DNA of 64,000 nt from the NCBI RefSeq assembly GCF_011745625.1, contig NW_027191474.1, positions 186,001 through 250,000 of the forward strand, read 5' to 3'. This document shows positions 11,205 through 20,980 of this stretch, piece by piece. Each line of letters starts with the position of its first letter. The first letter of the stretch is position 1. Source of the stretch: Cladosporium halotolerans (Eukaryota). The translations under genes were made by a program, and so were the position numbers. The notes beneath the pieces are model-generated. The model saw nothing but the letters and a program-made list of their open reading frames with translations, did no database searches and was not told the origin of the DNA.

Positions 11205-12512
11205 CTAGAAAAGGTACACAGGCTGCGGGCCGATGTTGCCATACTGGCCAGAGCCGAACGGGTTGGAAGGAGTGACCTCCTGGCCATTCACATTGGCGAC
11301 GCCGAAATAAGCCTTAGCCTTCTCCTGGTCGTTGACAACAGTCATGACGGCAAAAGCGTTCTCAGCACCGAACTGCGCGCTGTAGCCCCAGGAGACCTTG
11401 ATGGGGGAGTCGGCGGTGCAAGCGATGTCGGACCAGGACTCGACGGGGGCGTCCTTGACGTTCGTGCGGATGACGGTGCAGGCTTGCGAAGAGCGGTCGT
11501 CGCTGGCGGTCAGGTTGAAGTTGTAGTCGCAGCCGGAGCGGTCCTCGGCGCAGTAGCGGCTGAGGTTCTCGACGGTCCAGGTAAGGTCTTCGGCCTTGGT
11601 TTCGCCGGAGGTTGCGGCGCCGGTGGCGGCTGCGACGGCGGCGCTGGAGGCTGCGACTGAAGCTGCGGTGGAGGGAACGGAGGCGGCGGTTGCGGTGCAG
11701 TCGCCACGGGCGATGGCTGCAGCGTTGCAGAAGAGGAACGAGGAGCTCGAGGGGGTAGGGGTTACCAAGGAAAGAGCGCCGTTGGTGGAGACGCAAGAGG
11801 CGCCGTTAGGGTAGCTGTGCGCGGGGTTGCAGGCGTAGCCGGTGCTGGAGGGCGCGGGAGTGACCAGCGAGAGTGCGCCGTTGGTAGAGACACACTGGGC
11901 ACCGTTCGGGTAGCTGTGCGCCGGGTTGCAGGCGTAGCCGGTGCTCGAAGGAGCAGGAGTCACCAGCGAAAGAAGGCCATTAGTGGAGATGCAAGACGCT
12001 CCGTTGGGGTAGCTGTGCGCCGGGTTGCAGGCGTATCCAGTGCTCGACGGGGCGGGCGTCACGAGAGACAGGGCGCCGTTCGTAGAGATACACTGTGCAC
12101 CATTGGGATAGGCGTGAGCCGGATTGCAGGGGTATCCGGTGCTGGAAGGCGCGGGAGTGACCAGAGTAAGGGCACCGTTGGTAGAGACGCAAGAAGCTCC
12201 GTTCGGGTAGCTGTGGGCCGGGTTGCAAGCAAAGCCAGTGCTGGAGGGAGCAGGAGTGACCAGCGAGAGGGCGCCGTTGGTAGAGACGCATGAGGCTCCA
12301 TTGGGGTAGCTGTGGGCAGGGTTGCAAGCGAAGCCAGTGCTGGATGGCGCGGGAGTGATCAGAGTAAGGACACCGTTGGTAGAGACGCATGAGGCTCCAT
12401 TAGGGTAGCTATGAGCTGGGTTGCAGGCGTAGGAAGCGGAGGACGTCGCGATAGGACTGGCAAAAGCACCGGTGGCTCCGGCGGCCAGAGTAACGAACGT
12501 AGACTGGCGCAT
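11205..12512 (-). CDS. Secreted protein with seven tandem 33-aa Cys-containing repeats, Ala/Ser/Thr linker and C-terminal small secreted beta-type domain
   Basis: Intronless 435 aa ORF with signal peptide [18 protein letters not shown]. The C-terminal domain ([10 protein letters not shown]...CDYNF...VSWGY...FAVMTVV...AYFG, 4 Cys) resembles fungal surface/elicitor small secreted proteins. Confidence 0.88.
   Translation of the reverse strand: MRQSTFVTLAAGATGAFASPIATSSASYACNPAHSYPNGASCVSTNGVLTLITPAPSSTGFACNPAHSYPNGASCVSTNGALSLVTPAPSSTGFACNPAHSYPNGASCVSTNGALTLVTPAPSSTGYPCNPAHAYPNGAQCISTNGALSLVTPAPSSTGYACNPAHSYPNGASCISTNGLLSLVTPAPSSTGYACNPAHSYPNGAQCVSTNGALSLVTPAPSSTGYACNPAHSYPNGASCVSTNGALSLVTPTPSSSSFLFCNAAAIARGDCTATAASVPSTAASVAASSAAVAAATGAATSGETKAEDLTWTVENLSRYCAEDRSGCDYNFNLTASDDRSSQACTVIRTNVKDAPVESWSDIACTADSPIKVSWGYSAQFGAENAFAVMTVVNDQEKAKAYFGVANVNGQEVTPSNPFGSGQYGNIGPQPVYLF
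11736..12428 (-). repeat. Coding tandem repeat, 7 x 99 bp ([33 protein letters not shown])
   Basis: Seven units are directly visible in the translation. Protein units are near-identical while synonymous positions differ. Confidence 0.97.
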
Positions 12513-14861
12513 TGTGATCGATTTTCCCTGAGGTGCTGATTTCTGTTTCGATGGGCTGTATAGTCGTAGTGGATATGAGGAAGTGAGCTGGTGATTTCAG
12601 TGTTTCCTTGTCAGTCCAGACGGATCTATTATATATGCCATCGACATGGCATCGGTAGGCTTTATTCCGGACCATCTACGTCAGTGAAGCCCAAACTCGT
12701 ATTTTTGGATACGACCTAAACGACCGTCCACCGGATCGCCTAGCACCAGTGTTCAAATAGGGCGCTTTGACTTCAGGGTCTTGCTAACGAAATATGGCTT
12801 TGACATCTAGGGCTGAGGTCAACTTCAGTGCCATTGCACCGAAGATACTTGTCGTCATCCATCTCACAACTTGGCGAGTAAGCAGATCTGCCGCAGAGAT
12901 GCATGATGTTACATGCAGCCTACTCGCAGACGTCTCTTCGCAGTGATTTCGAAGATCATACTTTGAGATGCTACAGGTCCGCGCACTGTATAGATGGACG
13001 GAGACTGGCTCCGGCGGAAAGCCTCGGGAAGTGCATTTGGAGCGTGCGGATTGATCCCAAGAATAGAACGCAGTGGCGAAGAAGAAAGGTCAAAAGTCTT
13101 GTAACCGTGAAGCTTCAGAGGCGTCCTCCACAAACCGGGGATCCAATACGAGCGCTCGGGCTCCGGCTTTCCCGGCCGTGCCGCGGCTCCAGGCGCGCTT
13201 AATCCCGAACCTTGACCTTCCTCCGAGACCACGACCAGCACCAGACCGAACCCTAAAGCGATGCTGCAATCGAACCCTCTTCTTGTCTGCGCTTGAGAGC
13301 GATGCGCAGATCGCTAAGAAAAAACAAAGGAACGTGGGCTTCTGTGCTGGCTCGTATCGTCAAGCGCAAAAGCTCGACGGCCATGGATTGGGCCCTTGAG
13401 TTGACTTCCGTGACCAACGATACAACTTGTGTGAAACATTGACAGACCGGCCAAATCGAGGACAATGCAACGATAACATAGCGCAGAAGATGACAATCAA
13501 CCGGCAGAGAATCTTGCGCTGCATATCTCCTCAACAAGCAAAGCAGCCGCAACAATGAGGGCTTGAACCGGCTACAGTGCACAGTCAGCCACGAGGCCAA
13601 TGAAATGCATGCCCGTGGTCAAGCGAAGTATAGCGGCCTGGCTATTTTGGATTAAGTTCCCCACGTCTACTCAACTAGCTCAAAAGCCGGACCCAGGGCC
13701 TCGCCCTTGACGCATGCCAGACGCCTTCCTGTCGACCGAGGCGGAGCCCACCGCAGACCTTTAGAGGCGGATTTACTTTTATCACATTACTCTACAGTAA
13801 TCGCGTCAGCGAAAAATTGCCTCTGCAGTTCGTACTCCATGTCTTAGATAATCGAGGGTCCAGTCGTCCTGGATAGCTACATCGACAAAACGATGACTTA
13901 TCAGCATGTGATGCGCCATAAATACTGGCGACCTTCCTCTCTGATCAGGAAATTCCGAGACGCAGACATCCAAGCCGATGCAAATACTCAAATATTCCCA
14001 CCAAACCCAAACGACCATCCCAAACCCCGCCCTACCCTCCCAAGGTCCTGCCCTACCCTCTACACCACAAGCGAACAGGGCAGATCGACGCCCGCCTCGT
14101 ATCCGTATCCCCAGCCGCGCCGCAGCGTCGATCAGCATCATTGACAATCGGCAGTCGTGCGACGACGCCAACGACGCTGGAGTCCGGCGTCGTGCTGTTT
14201 GAGGAGTCTGTCGCAAGCGTCGGAGTCCGACCTCCCTATAACGATCTCAAAGTCTGCGTTCTCGTTCACCCGAAGCCTTCGTCCTCCGACTGCACGAGGG
14301 AAGACGACTTACAGTCCTCAAAACGCGCACGTCAGCATCGGTGCTCTGACGAGGGGTTGTGATCTAAATCGAGACTGGAAAACGGAAGCTTTTGATGTCG
14401 CTCGACGTGGGTATGTTGCATTCGACAAAGTGGTCTGTGGGCGTCATCTGGGACCTCGAACAACAATAAGCAACGCCATCGCGGAATCGGTGACCTGGCT
14501 GCGAATCATGCCTTGCTCGAAATTAGAGGGAGACCCAGACTCCATTGCTAAGATCGGATCGATCAGTGAGCGTTCGTTGGCACAGCTGCTGGGTGACAGA
14601 GACCGCAATAACGAATTGGCCATCCAGTATCGGATCGGACGGGCACGCGTGAGGTCTCCAGCTGATTGTCAGATCTTTCATTCATGCTAGAGGTATGTGC
14701 ATAGGATTGTCTCAGTCTCGACTGATGGTGTGTACACTAAATAAAAAATCGCCAGAACGCCCCGCTTACAGCAATAATATCCCACCCGATGCATGTGCTC
14801 CTAACCAAAACAAAATCGCTGCTTCAAAATTCCTTCAACGTGTTCCAATTTTTGTTTTCCC

Positions 14862-15653
14862 TCACATCAGCTCCACAGGCGGCCTAGAAGTATGCTGGAA
14901 CTTCGTCTCCGCCCCGCCCGCCGGGCTGATATCCCCCGGACTGTCCGTCATATCCTCAACCTCGATAGCCGGCAGTGCGGGCGAACCACCATGGTCCTCA
15001 GGATGGTACACAACGGTCCCCGTGCCGGACCTCGTCCGCGTCGCACTCGGCTTGTACTCCTCCTCCTCCTGCTGTGCTCCACCGGCGTCCCGCATCTGCG
15101 TGTCCGCCACCGCGGCGTCCATGGGCCCGGGCTTGGCCTGCAGCTTGCTCAGGGCGCTGGCCAGGTCCTCGGCGTGCACCTCCTTGTTGGGCGGGTCCTC
15201 GTCGCGCATCTGCCAGCCCATGGGCGGGGACGGCGGCGGCGAGATGAAGAAGAGCTTGTCGCTCTTGGGCAGGTGCAGGTGGCGGTCGGCGGCGTCGAGG
15301 TTGGTGTGCTGGCCGAAGTAGACGCGGACGCGGCAGCCGAGGACGGACTCGCCGTCGAGGACCTGGCGGATGGCGACGGCGTCGTCGACGGTGTGGAAGG
15401 AGACGACGATGCGGCGGAAGGACTTGAGCGGGGCGAAGGTGTGGATGGTGGCGTGCTCGTTGATGGCGCGGGAGATGTTCTCGAGCACGGAGGAGGTGAA
15501 GATCTCGAGGGATTGGAGGTTGGTGATCAGAAGAGTGTTGGTGGGCGGCGAGGGGTGCGAGAGGGGCGGGAGGTCGGAGAGGTCGAGCGACATGCTGGGG
15601 GTGTGGCGTTTGGAGGGCGAGGCGGTAGGCGGGGTTGAGATGTCCATGGCCAT
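14862..15653 (-). CDS. RCN1: Calcipressin / regulator of calcineurin (RCAN family)
   Basis: ATG 15653 (MAMDISTPP). RRM-like TNTLLITNL...FAPLKSFRRIVVSF, LxxP motif HLHLP, FFISPPPSPP, PxIxIT-like PAIEVE, and terminal HTSRPPV. Confidence 0.93.
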   Translation of the reverse strand: MAMDISTPPTASPSKRHTPSMSLDLSDLPPLSHPSPPTNTLLITNLQSLEIFTSSVLENISRAINEHATIHTFAPLKSFRRIVVSFHTVDDAVAIRQVLDGESVLGCRVRVYFGQHTNLDAADRHLHLPKSDKLFFISPPPSPPMGWQMRDEDPPNKEVHAEDLASALSKLQAKPGPMDAAVADTQMRDAGGAQQEEEEYKPSATRTRSGTGTVVYHPEDHGGSPALPAIEVEDMTDSPGDISPAGGAETKFQHTSRPPVELM

Positions 15654-16071
15654 GGTGGGTGGTGGAGTGTGTTTGGGTGGTGGTGGTGGTGAGTGTCGCG
15701 TGAGTGTTGGCGGAGAGGATGGGAGGATGCGCAGGGAGAAGGCAGACAGGTATGTATGGCCGCGGGGTCGAGAGGCTGTGCAGATGGTTCTGGAACAGAA
15801 GTCGGCGTGCAGCGATCGCGCATACCGCACCGCTGCTGCTGCGGCGGCGCAGACAGGCCGCTGACGTCTCGCCGAGCAGGGCTGAGCAGCGCGGGGAGGC
15901 GCAGGCGGGAGGCGCCGCGGGCCGGGCGGGAGAGAGGGTGTGACGAGACGAGACGAGAACAGCCTGAGGCAGAAACGCGAGCGTGGGGCAGTGAGCAGGC
16001 CACAATGGCACAAGCGGACTCCACCCGCGTGGCGTGTGGGCGTTCGTCGACGGGAGAGAGTATTGCCGGGA

Positions 16072-16115
16072 TGCCTTGCTGCCTTGCTGCCTTGCTGCCT
16101 CGCTGCCTGGCTGCC
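16072..16115. repeat. 8-bp tandem repeat (TGCCTTGC) x ~5.5
   Basis: Seen directly in the RCN1/methyltransferase intergenic region; the later copies are slightly degenerate. Confidence 0.85.
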
Positions 16116-16428
16116 AACCAGCAGATCGCGGATCACCACCAGCATGCACGCACGCACGCCATCGTGGCCATCCCCCAGCCGAGGCAGCGAGAGGCCTAAG
16201 CGAAGCAGCGCCGTTGAGCCCGCGTGCGTCACAACCCGGCTGTGCCACGCGATTGGCGAAGCCGCCCTCCCGCGCCGCAGCGGCCCGGCGTGCGATCTGC
16301 CGCGGCATCGCCCGCCCGCGCGCCGTCCGGCGATGATTGCACGACGGCGCCGGAAGGGCAACGGACGTCGCGTGGGCGGAGGCGGCGGAGGAAGGGCACA
16401 GAGGGCAGCAGGTGGTTAGGGCCCTCGA

Positions 16429-16443
16429 GAGGCTCAGAGCCAC
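16429..16443. promoter_or_regulatory. Candidate Crz1/CrzA calcineurin-dependent response elements (inverted pair)
   Basis: GAGGCTCA (16429-16436) is immediately followed by GAGCCAC (16437-16443, reverse complement GTGGCTC). Both fit the GNGGCKC core and lie upstream of a calcipressin gene. Confidence 0.5.
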
Positions 16444-16558
16444 TCCTAGCGCCCGCCGGCCGCTGCTCTCGCCAGATCCCCCACCCGCCACTACTCTTCC
16501 CTCGTCCTGGCCAAACGATCGCCTCCTCTGCTCGAACCGCCGCCGCTGTGCCTCTCTG

Positions 16559-16578
16559 CCTGTCCTGTCCTGTCCTGT
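16559..16578. repeat. (CCTGT)4 microsatellite
   Basis: Seen directly, upstream of the methyltransferase ATG. Confidence 0.85.
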
Positions 16579-16672
16579 CGCCACTCGCTACGCTGCACCG
16601 AAACTCTGCCCCAAGCGGCCGCCCACCCGTCCCTCCCCCCCCAAATCCTTCCCCCCTCACATCCCAACCCAC

Positions 16673-17745
16673 ATGCAGCAGCCGCTCGACCCCGAGCTGG
16701 GCGAGGAGGCCTTGGCCGCCCAGGACGACTTCAGCGAGTCTGACTCGGGCTACGGGGACGAGACGGCGCTGTCGACCGCCTCGCTGCAGTCCAGCGTCTT
16801 CGACTACGAGGAGGAGTACGGCCGCTCCTACCACGCCTTCCGCCGCGGCAAGTACTGCCTGCCCAACGACGAGCGCGAGCAGGAGCGCATGGACCTGCAC
16901 TACCACTCGCTGCGCCTGGCCCTGGGCAACCGCCACTGGATCGCGCCCACCGGCGACGCGAGGTCCATCCTCGACGTCGGCACCGGCACCGGCATCTGGG
17001 CCATGGACGTCGCCGACGACCACCCGGCCGCGCAGGTCGTGGGCGTCGACCTGTCGCCCATCCAGCCGACCGCCGTGCCGCCCAACCTGGAGTTCCAGAT
17101 CATGGACGCCGACGAGCCGTGGGCCGGCTTCGAGGAGCGGTTCGACTTCGTGCACACGCGGCTGATGAACGGCTTCAGCATCAAGTCGTGGGCCTTCTTC
17201 TACGAGCAGGCGTTCGCGGCCCTGCAGCCGGGCGGCTGGTGCGAGAACCAGGAGTTCGAGGTCGTCTTCGGCTGCGACGACGCCACCCTGCCCGCCGACA
17301 GCGCCTGCGTGCGCTGGGCCGACCTGTGGAACCAGGGCATCTCCAAATTCGGGCTGACCGGCCGCTGCTACCCGCAGGTGATGAAGGAGCAGATGGAGGC
17401 GGCGGGGTTTATCAATGTGACCACGCGCTTCTACCGCATGCCCATCGGCGCCTGGCCGAAGGACAAGGCGCTGCGGCAGAGCGGGCTGTTCAACGTCATC
17501 GGCTTGCTGGACGGGCTTTCCGGCCTGAGCCAGAGGGTCTTCACGCGCGGGCTGGAGTGGACCATCGAGGAGATGGAGGTGCTGCTGATGCAGGTCCGCG
17601 AAGAGTGCAAGAACAGGAGGATTCACACCTACTTCCCTATGTGAGTCGCGCCATTCCCATCCCGTACGCCAAGTGGCAATGCTAACAACGAGGTCGCAGA
17701 TACGTCGTCTACGGGCAAAAACCGCTGGAGGCGCCGACCGCGTGA
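16673..17745 (+). CDS. SAM-dependent methyltransferase (LaeA-like / TAM-type, Methyltransf_23)
   Basis: ATG 16673. YEEEYGRSYH, LPNDEREQERMDLHY, ILDVGTGTGIWAMD, GVDLSPIQP, LQPGGWCE, MPIGAWPKD. Intron 17641-17699, then last exon YVVYGQKP...TGA at 17745. Confidence 0.92.
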
Positions 17746-18444
17746 GATTTGAGAGACCTTGATACCCCCCCGCCCAAACCCAGGTCAGGCCACGACTTTC
17801 GGTTTGGGATGTTTTGTTGAGCGTTGCAGTTGAGTCGAGCTTTTGGCGATGATGTGTAAATAATGGCGCAGAAAGAAAAAAAATTATGGGAAATGAAGAG
17901 AACGAACGGATCTACTACTGTACAGACCTGTACATAAGCGACGGCACGGGGAAAATGAGAAGCGAGCATAGCGAATGGAAGTAATTACTTGGCTCTGGTA
18001 TGATAATATTGTCTGGCGTGTAATAAGCAAACGTGTGCACAAACAGTACATGCAAGCAATTTTGGAAAGGAATCCTTTCAACATTATTATTCAAGCCTTC
18101 ATCCCACTAGATACCACCGAAAAGAGATCGGCGGCCGATTGGGCGATCGCGCAGAGCCCCACAGCTTCACGCCTTCGAGCCGCCCGGGAGCCAGCTGAAA
18201 AGGTGAAACAGCAGATCGCCGGAGATCGTCGCCCGCGCGAGTCAAGACTTTCCGCTCGAACCGTCTCCGCTCTCAAATCTATCGATACTGTATAGATCGT
18301 TGCCGGAGATTTTCCGGCCGTCACATAGTGATATATCGCCTGTAGATGGCAGCACGCGTGCTCGTGCACCTCCACGCATCGCATCCGACTAACTCATCAC
18401 GACTTTTTCTCCTTTCCTTCTTCCAATACTTCGAGCCCGAGAGC

Positions 18445-19861
18445 TTACAACTTCGCGCTCAGCACGGCGCGCATGCGCTTCTCCACCGCCTCCAGGTACT
18501 CGCCGGTGGTGACGTAGTCGTCCTTCTTGCCGCACGCGATGGCCAGGTCCTTGGTCATGATGCCCTGCTGGTCGACGACGTGCACGCACGCCTCCTCCAG
18601 GCTCTCGGCGAACTTGATCACCTCGGGCTGGCCGTCGAGCTCGCCGCGCTTGGCGAGCCCGCGCGTCCACGCGAAGATGGACGCGATCGGGTTCGTCGAG
18701 GTCGGGTTGCCCTTCTGGTGCTCGCGGTAGTGGCGCGTCACGGTGCCGTGGGCGGCTTCCGCTTCGAAGGTTTTGCCGTCGGGGGTGACAAGGACGGAGG
18801 TCATGAGGCCGAGGGACCCGAAGCCTTGGGCGACGATGTCGGATTGCACGTCGCCGTCGTAGTCTGGGGAGGGCTGTTAGCTTGCTGTTTTGTGTGATTG
18901 CTTTCAATGTGTCGCGTCACTCACTCTTCATGGCGATGAGCATGCCGCCGTCGGACTTGATCATCTGCGCGACCATGTCGTCGATCAGGCGGTGCTCGTA
19001 CCACAAACCCTTGGACTCAAACTCCTTCCTGTACTCCTTCTCGTAGATCTCCTGGAAGATGTCCTTGAAGCGGCCGTCGTACTTCTTGAGGATGGTGTTC
19101 TTGGTCGACATGTACATGGGCAGCTTGAGCGACAGCGCGTGCTTGAAGGACGCGTGCGCGAAGCCCGCGATGCTCTCCGCCGTGTTGTACTGCGTCTGCG
19201 CCACGCCGCCCTGCGACTTCTCGCTGAACTCAAACACCTGGATCGCCTCGGGCTTGCCGCCCTTGGGCGTGAAGACCATCTCCAGCTTGCCCGGGCCGTC
19301 GATCACGCGGTCCTTGGCGCGGTACTGGTCGCCGAAGGCGTGGCGGCCGATGACGATGGGCTTCTTCCAGCCGGGCACGAGGCGCGGGACCTTGGGGATG
19401 ACGATGGGCTCGCGGAAGACGGTGCCGCCCAGGTGGTTGCGGATGGTGCCGTTGGGGCTGAGCCACATCTGCTTGAGCTTGAACTCCTCGACGCGCTGCT
19501 CGTCGGGCGTGATGGTGGCGCACTTGACGCCGACGCTGTACTTCTTGATCGCCTCGGCGGCGTCCAGGGTGACCTTGTCGTTGGTCTCGTCGCGGTAGGG
19601 CAGGCCCAGGTCGTAGTACTTGAGGTCGACGTCGAGGTAGGGGTGGATGAACTTGTCCTTGATGTCCTGCCAGATGATGCGGGTCATCTCGTCGCCGTCG
19701 AGCTCGACGATCGGGTTCTTGACCTTGATCTTGGGGATTTGGGAGGCCATGGTGCGGCGGTGGGCGATGCTGGCGGCGACGGGGCGGGAGAAGGAGGAGC
19801 GGGCGGAGAAGATGGGCTGCTGGTGGGCGGCGAGGCGGGTGAACTGGCGGAGGGAAGACAT
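18445..19861 (-). CDS. IDP1: NADP-dependent isocitrate dehydrogenase (mitochondrial presequence, second in-frame Met, C-terminal PTS1)
   Basis: [45 protein letters not shown]; intron 18924-18864 restores [22 protein letters not shown]; ends in AKL. Confidence 0.97.
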
Positions 19862-20182
19862 GGCGGCGGCGGCGGCGGCGGTGGAGGAGGAGGTGACGTG
19901 CTGCTGCCGGTGAGTTACCTAGGGACGGAACGGAAGGCTGGCGTAGCTCGGAGGCAGCTCTGTCGGCTTGGAGGCTGTCTGGGTGTCGGGCGTGGGCGAG
20001 GGACCTCGGTGTTCAAGAGCTGCAGGGCAGAGACGCGGGGAAGCGATGTCGGGGGAACGGCGCGCGAGGATTTGCTTGCCCGGCTGAATGACATTCGGTC
20101 ACCGCCGAGAAAGGGCCATAGGCACGACCGTGCTGCGCCCTTCACGTTGCGATATTACCAACTTTGACGATAAGAGCCGTGA

Positions 20183-20714
20183 CATTCCTTGGTAGAATGC
20201 GATCTCGCTTTGGCTACTGCGGAAATGGTGCCGTATACCACTGTACCGCTGGCCCGACTGCACGTCATCACCGCTGCAAGCAACCGCTGCACGACATCTT
20301 CACGCAAACAACTCCGGCTGAAGACAATATCACAATCACCTTGTCTTAGCATGTCTGACTGCATACCGCCGGATCACAGAGCTCGGACATTTGCGGTGGA
20401 AGCCGCTGGCTTGCGCAAACTATGCAGGAGGACCCAGAACATACCACAAGGCGACTCCCGCGCATCATCTTGCTCGGCGATGCCAATGTAGCGCCACTGA
20501 CATGACAGCACGGCTCGAAAAAATTATCGCGTTCGATCGAGGCGAACGACAAGAGCGCTGGAGATGCCGCGATCACGTGAGCAATCTGGACCTTACCCAT
20601 TCCACTCCACCCGGCTTGCGATGGAATGCAGCTCACTAGGTACAATGCGGCGCTGGTCGCCATGTGCTATCGGACCCTCCCGCCTGTCGGTCTCTTGGTC
20701 TACCACCTGGAATG
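20183..20714. promoter_or_regulatory. Cluster of five candidate AbaA response elements (CATTCY) upstream of wetA
   Basis: CATTCC at 20183, AGAATG at 20194, CATTCC at 20598, GGAATG at 20623 and GGAATG at 20709. Confidence 0.55.
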
Positions 20715-20980
20715 CGCCTCACAATTGGAAGTGGCTGGAGGTAAGTTACAATAGTCCTGTGCGATGGTAAGCGTACTGTTTCACTGTTTGCCTCCTTCTG
20801 CTCGTCTCCTTGCCCCAGTTCCTGCATTTTGAGCAAACTCCCGGCCTAGCAATCTGGTACCTTCAAGCTCACGGCACTTAACAACCCGCTGGCCTACCAG
20901 CCATCAAAGGCCCTGACAGCCGCAAGCCAACCAACGGATCTGCGCCTAATATCAAGAGGCCACAAGGCCTGCAGCAACCC

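Noticed and set aside
11736..12428. Regular 99-bp array considered as CRISPR-like, or as a Kex2-processed RiPP/KEP precursor
   Set aside because: Eukaryotic, fully coding, no unique spacers; no dibasic cleavage sites in the repeats and no DUF3328-type neighbours.
12900..14700. Several 70-180 aa ORFs between the repeat protein and RCN1; likewise at 4600-5700 and 27750-28900
   Set aside because: No recognisable domains, codon bias or convincing splice structure.
15654..16361. 236-aa N-terminal extension of the calcipressin ORF, and the upstream extension of the methyltransferase ORF from 16337
   Set aside because: Low-complexity Arg/Ala/Pro translation of GC-rich promoter DNA starting at non-ATG codons; family similarity begins at ATG 15653 and 16673.
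18890..20167. Long + strand ORF (425 aa) antisense to IDP1; similar long antisense ORFs at 1648-2832, 3363-4320, 16229-17626, 29499-30713 and 58119-59291
   Set aside because: Shadow ORFs caused by strong C/G third-position codon bias of the real genes on the opposite strand; no recognisable motifs.
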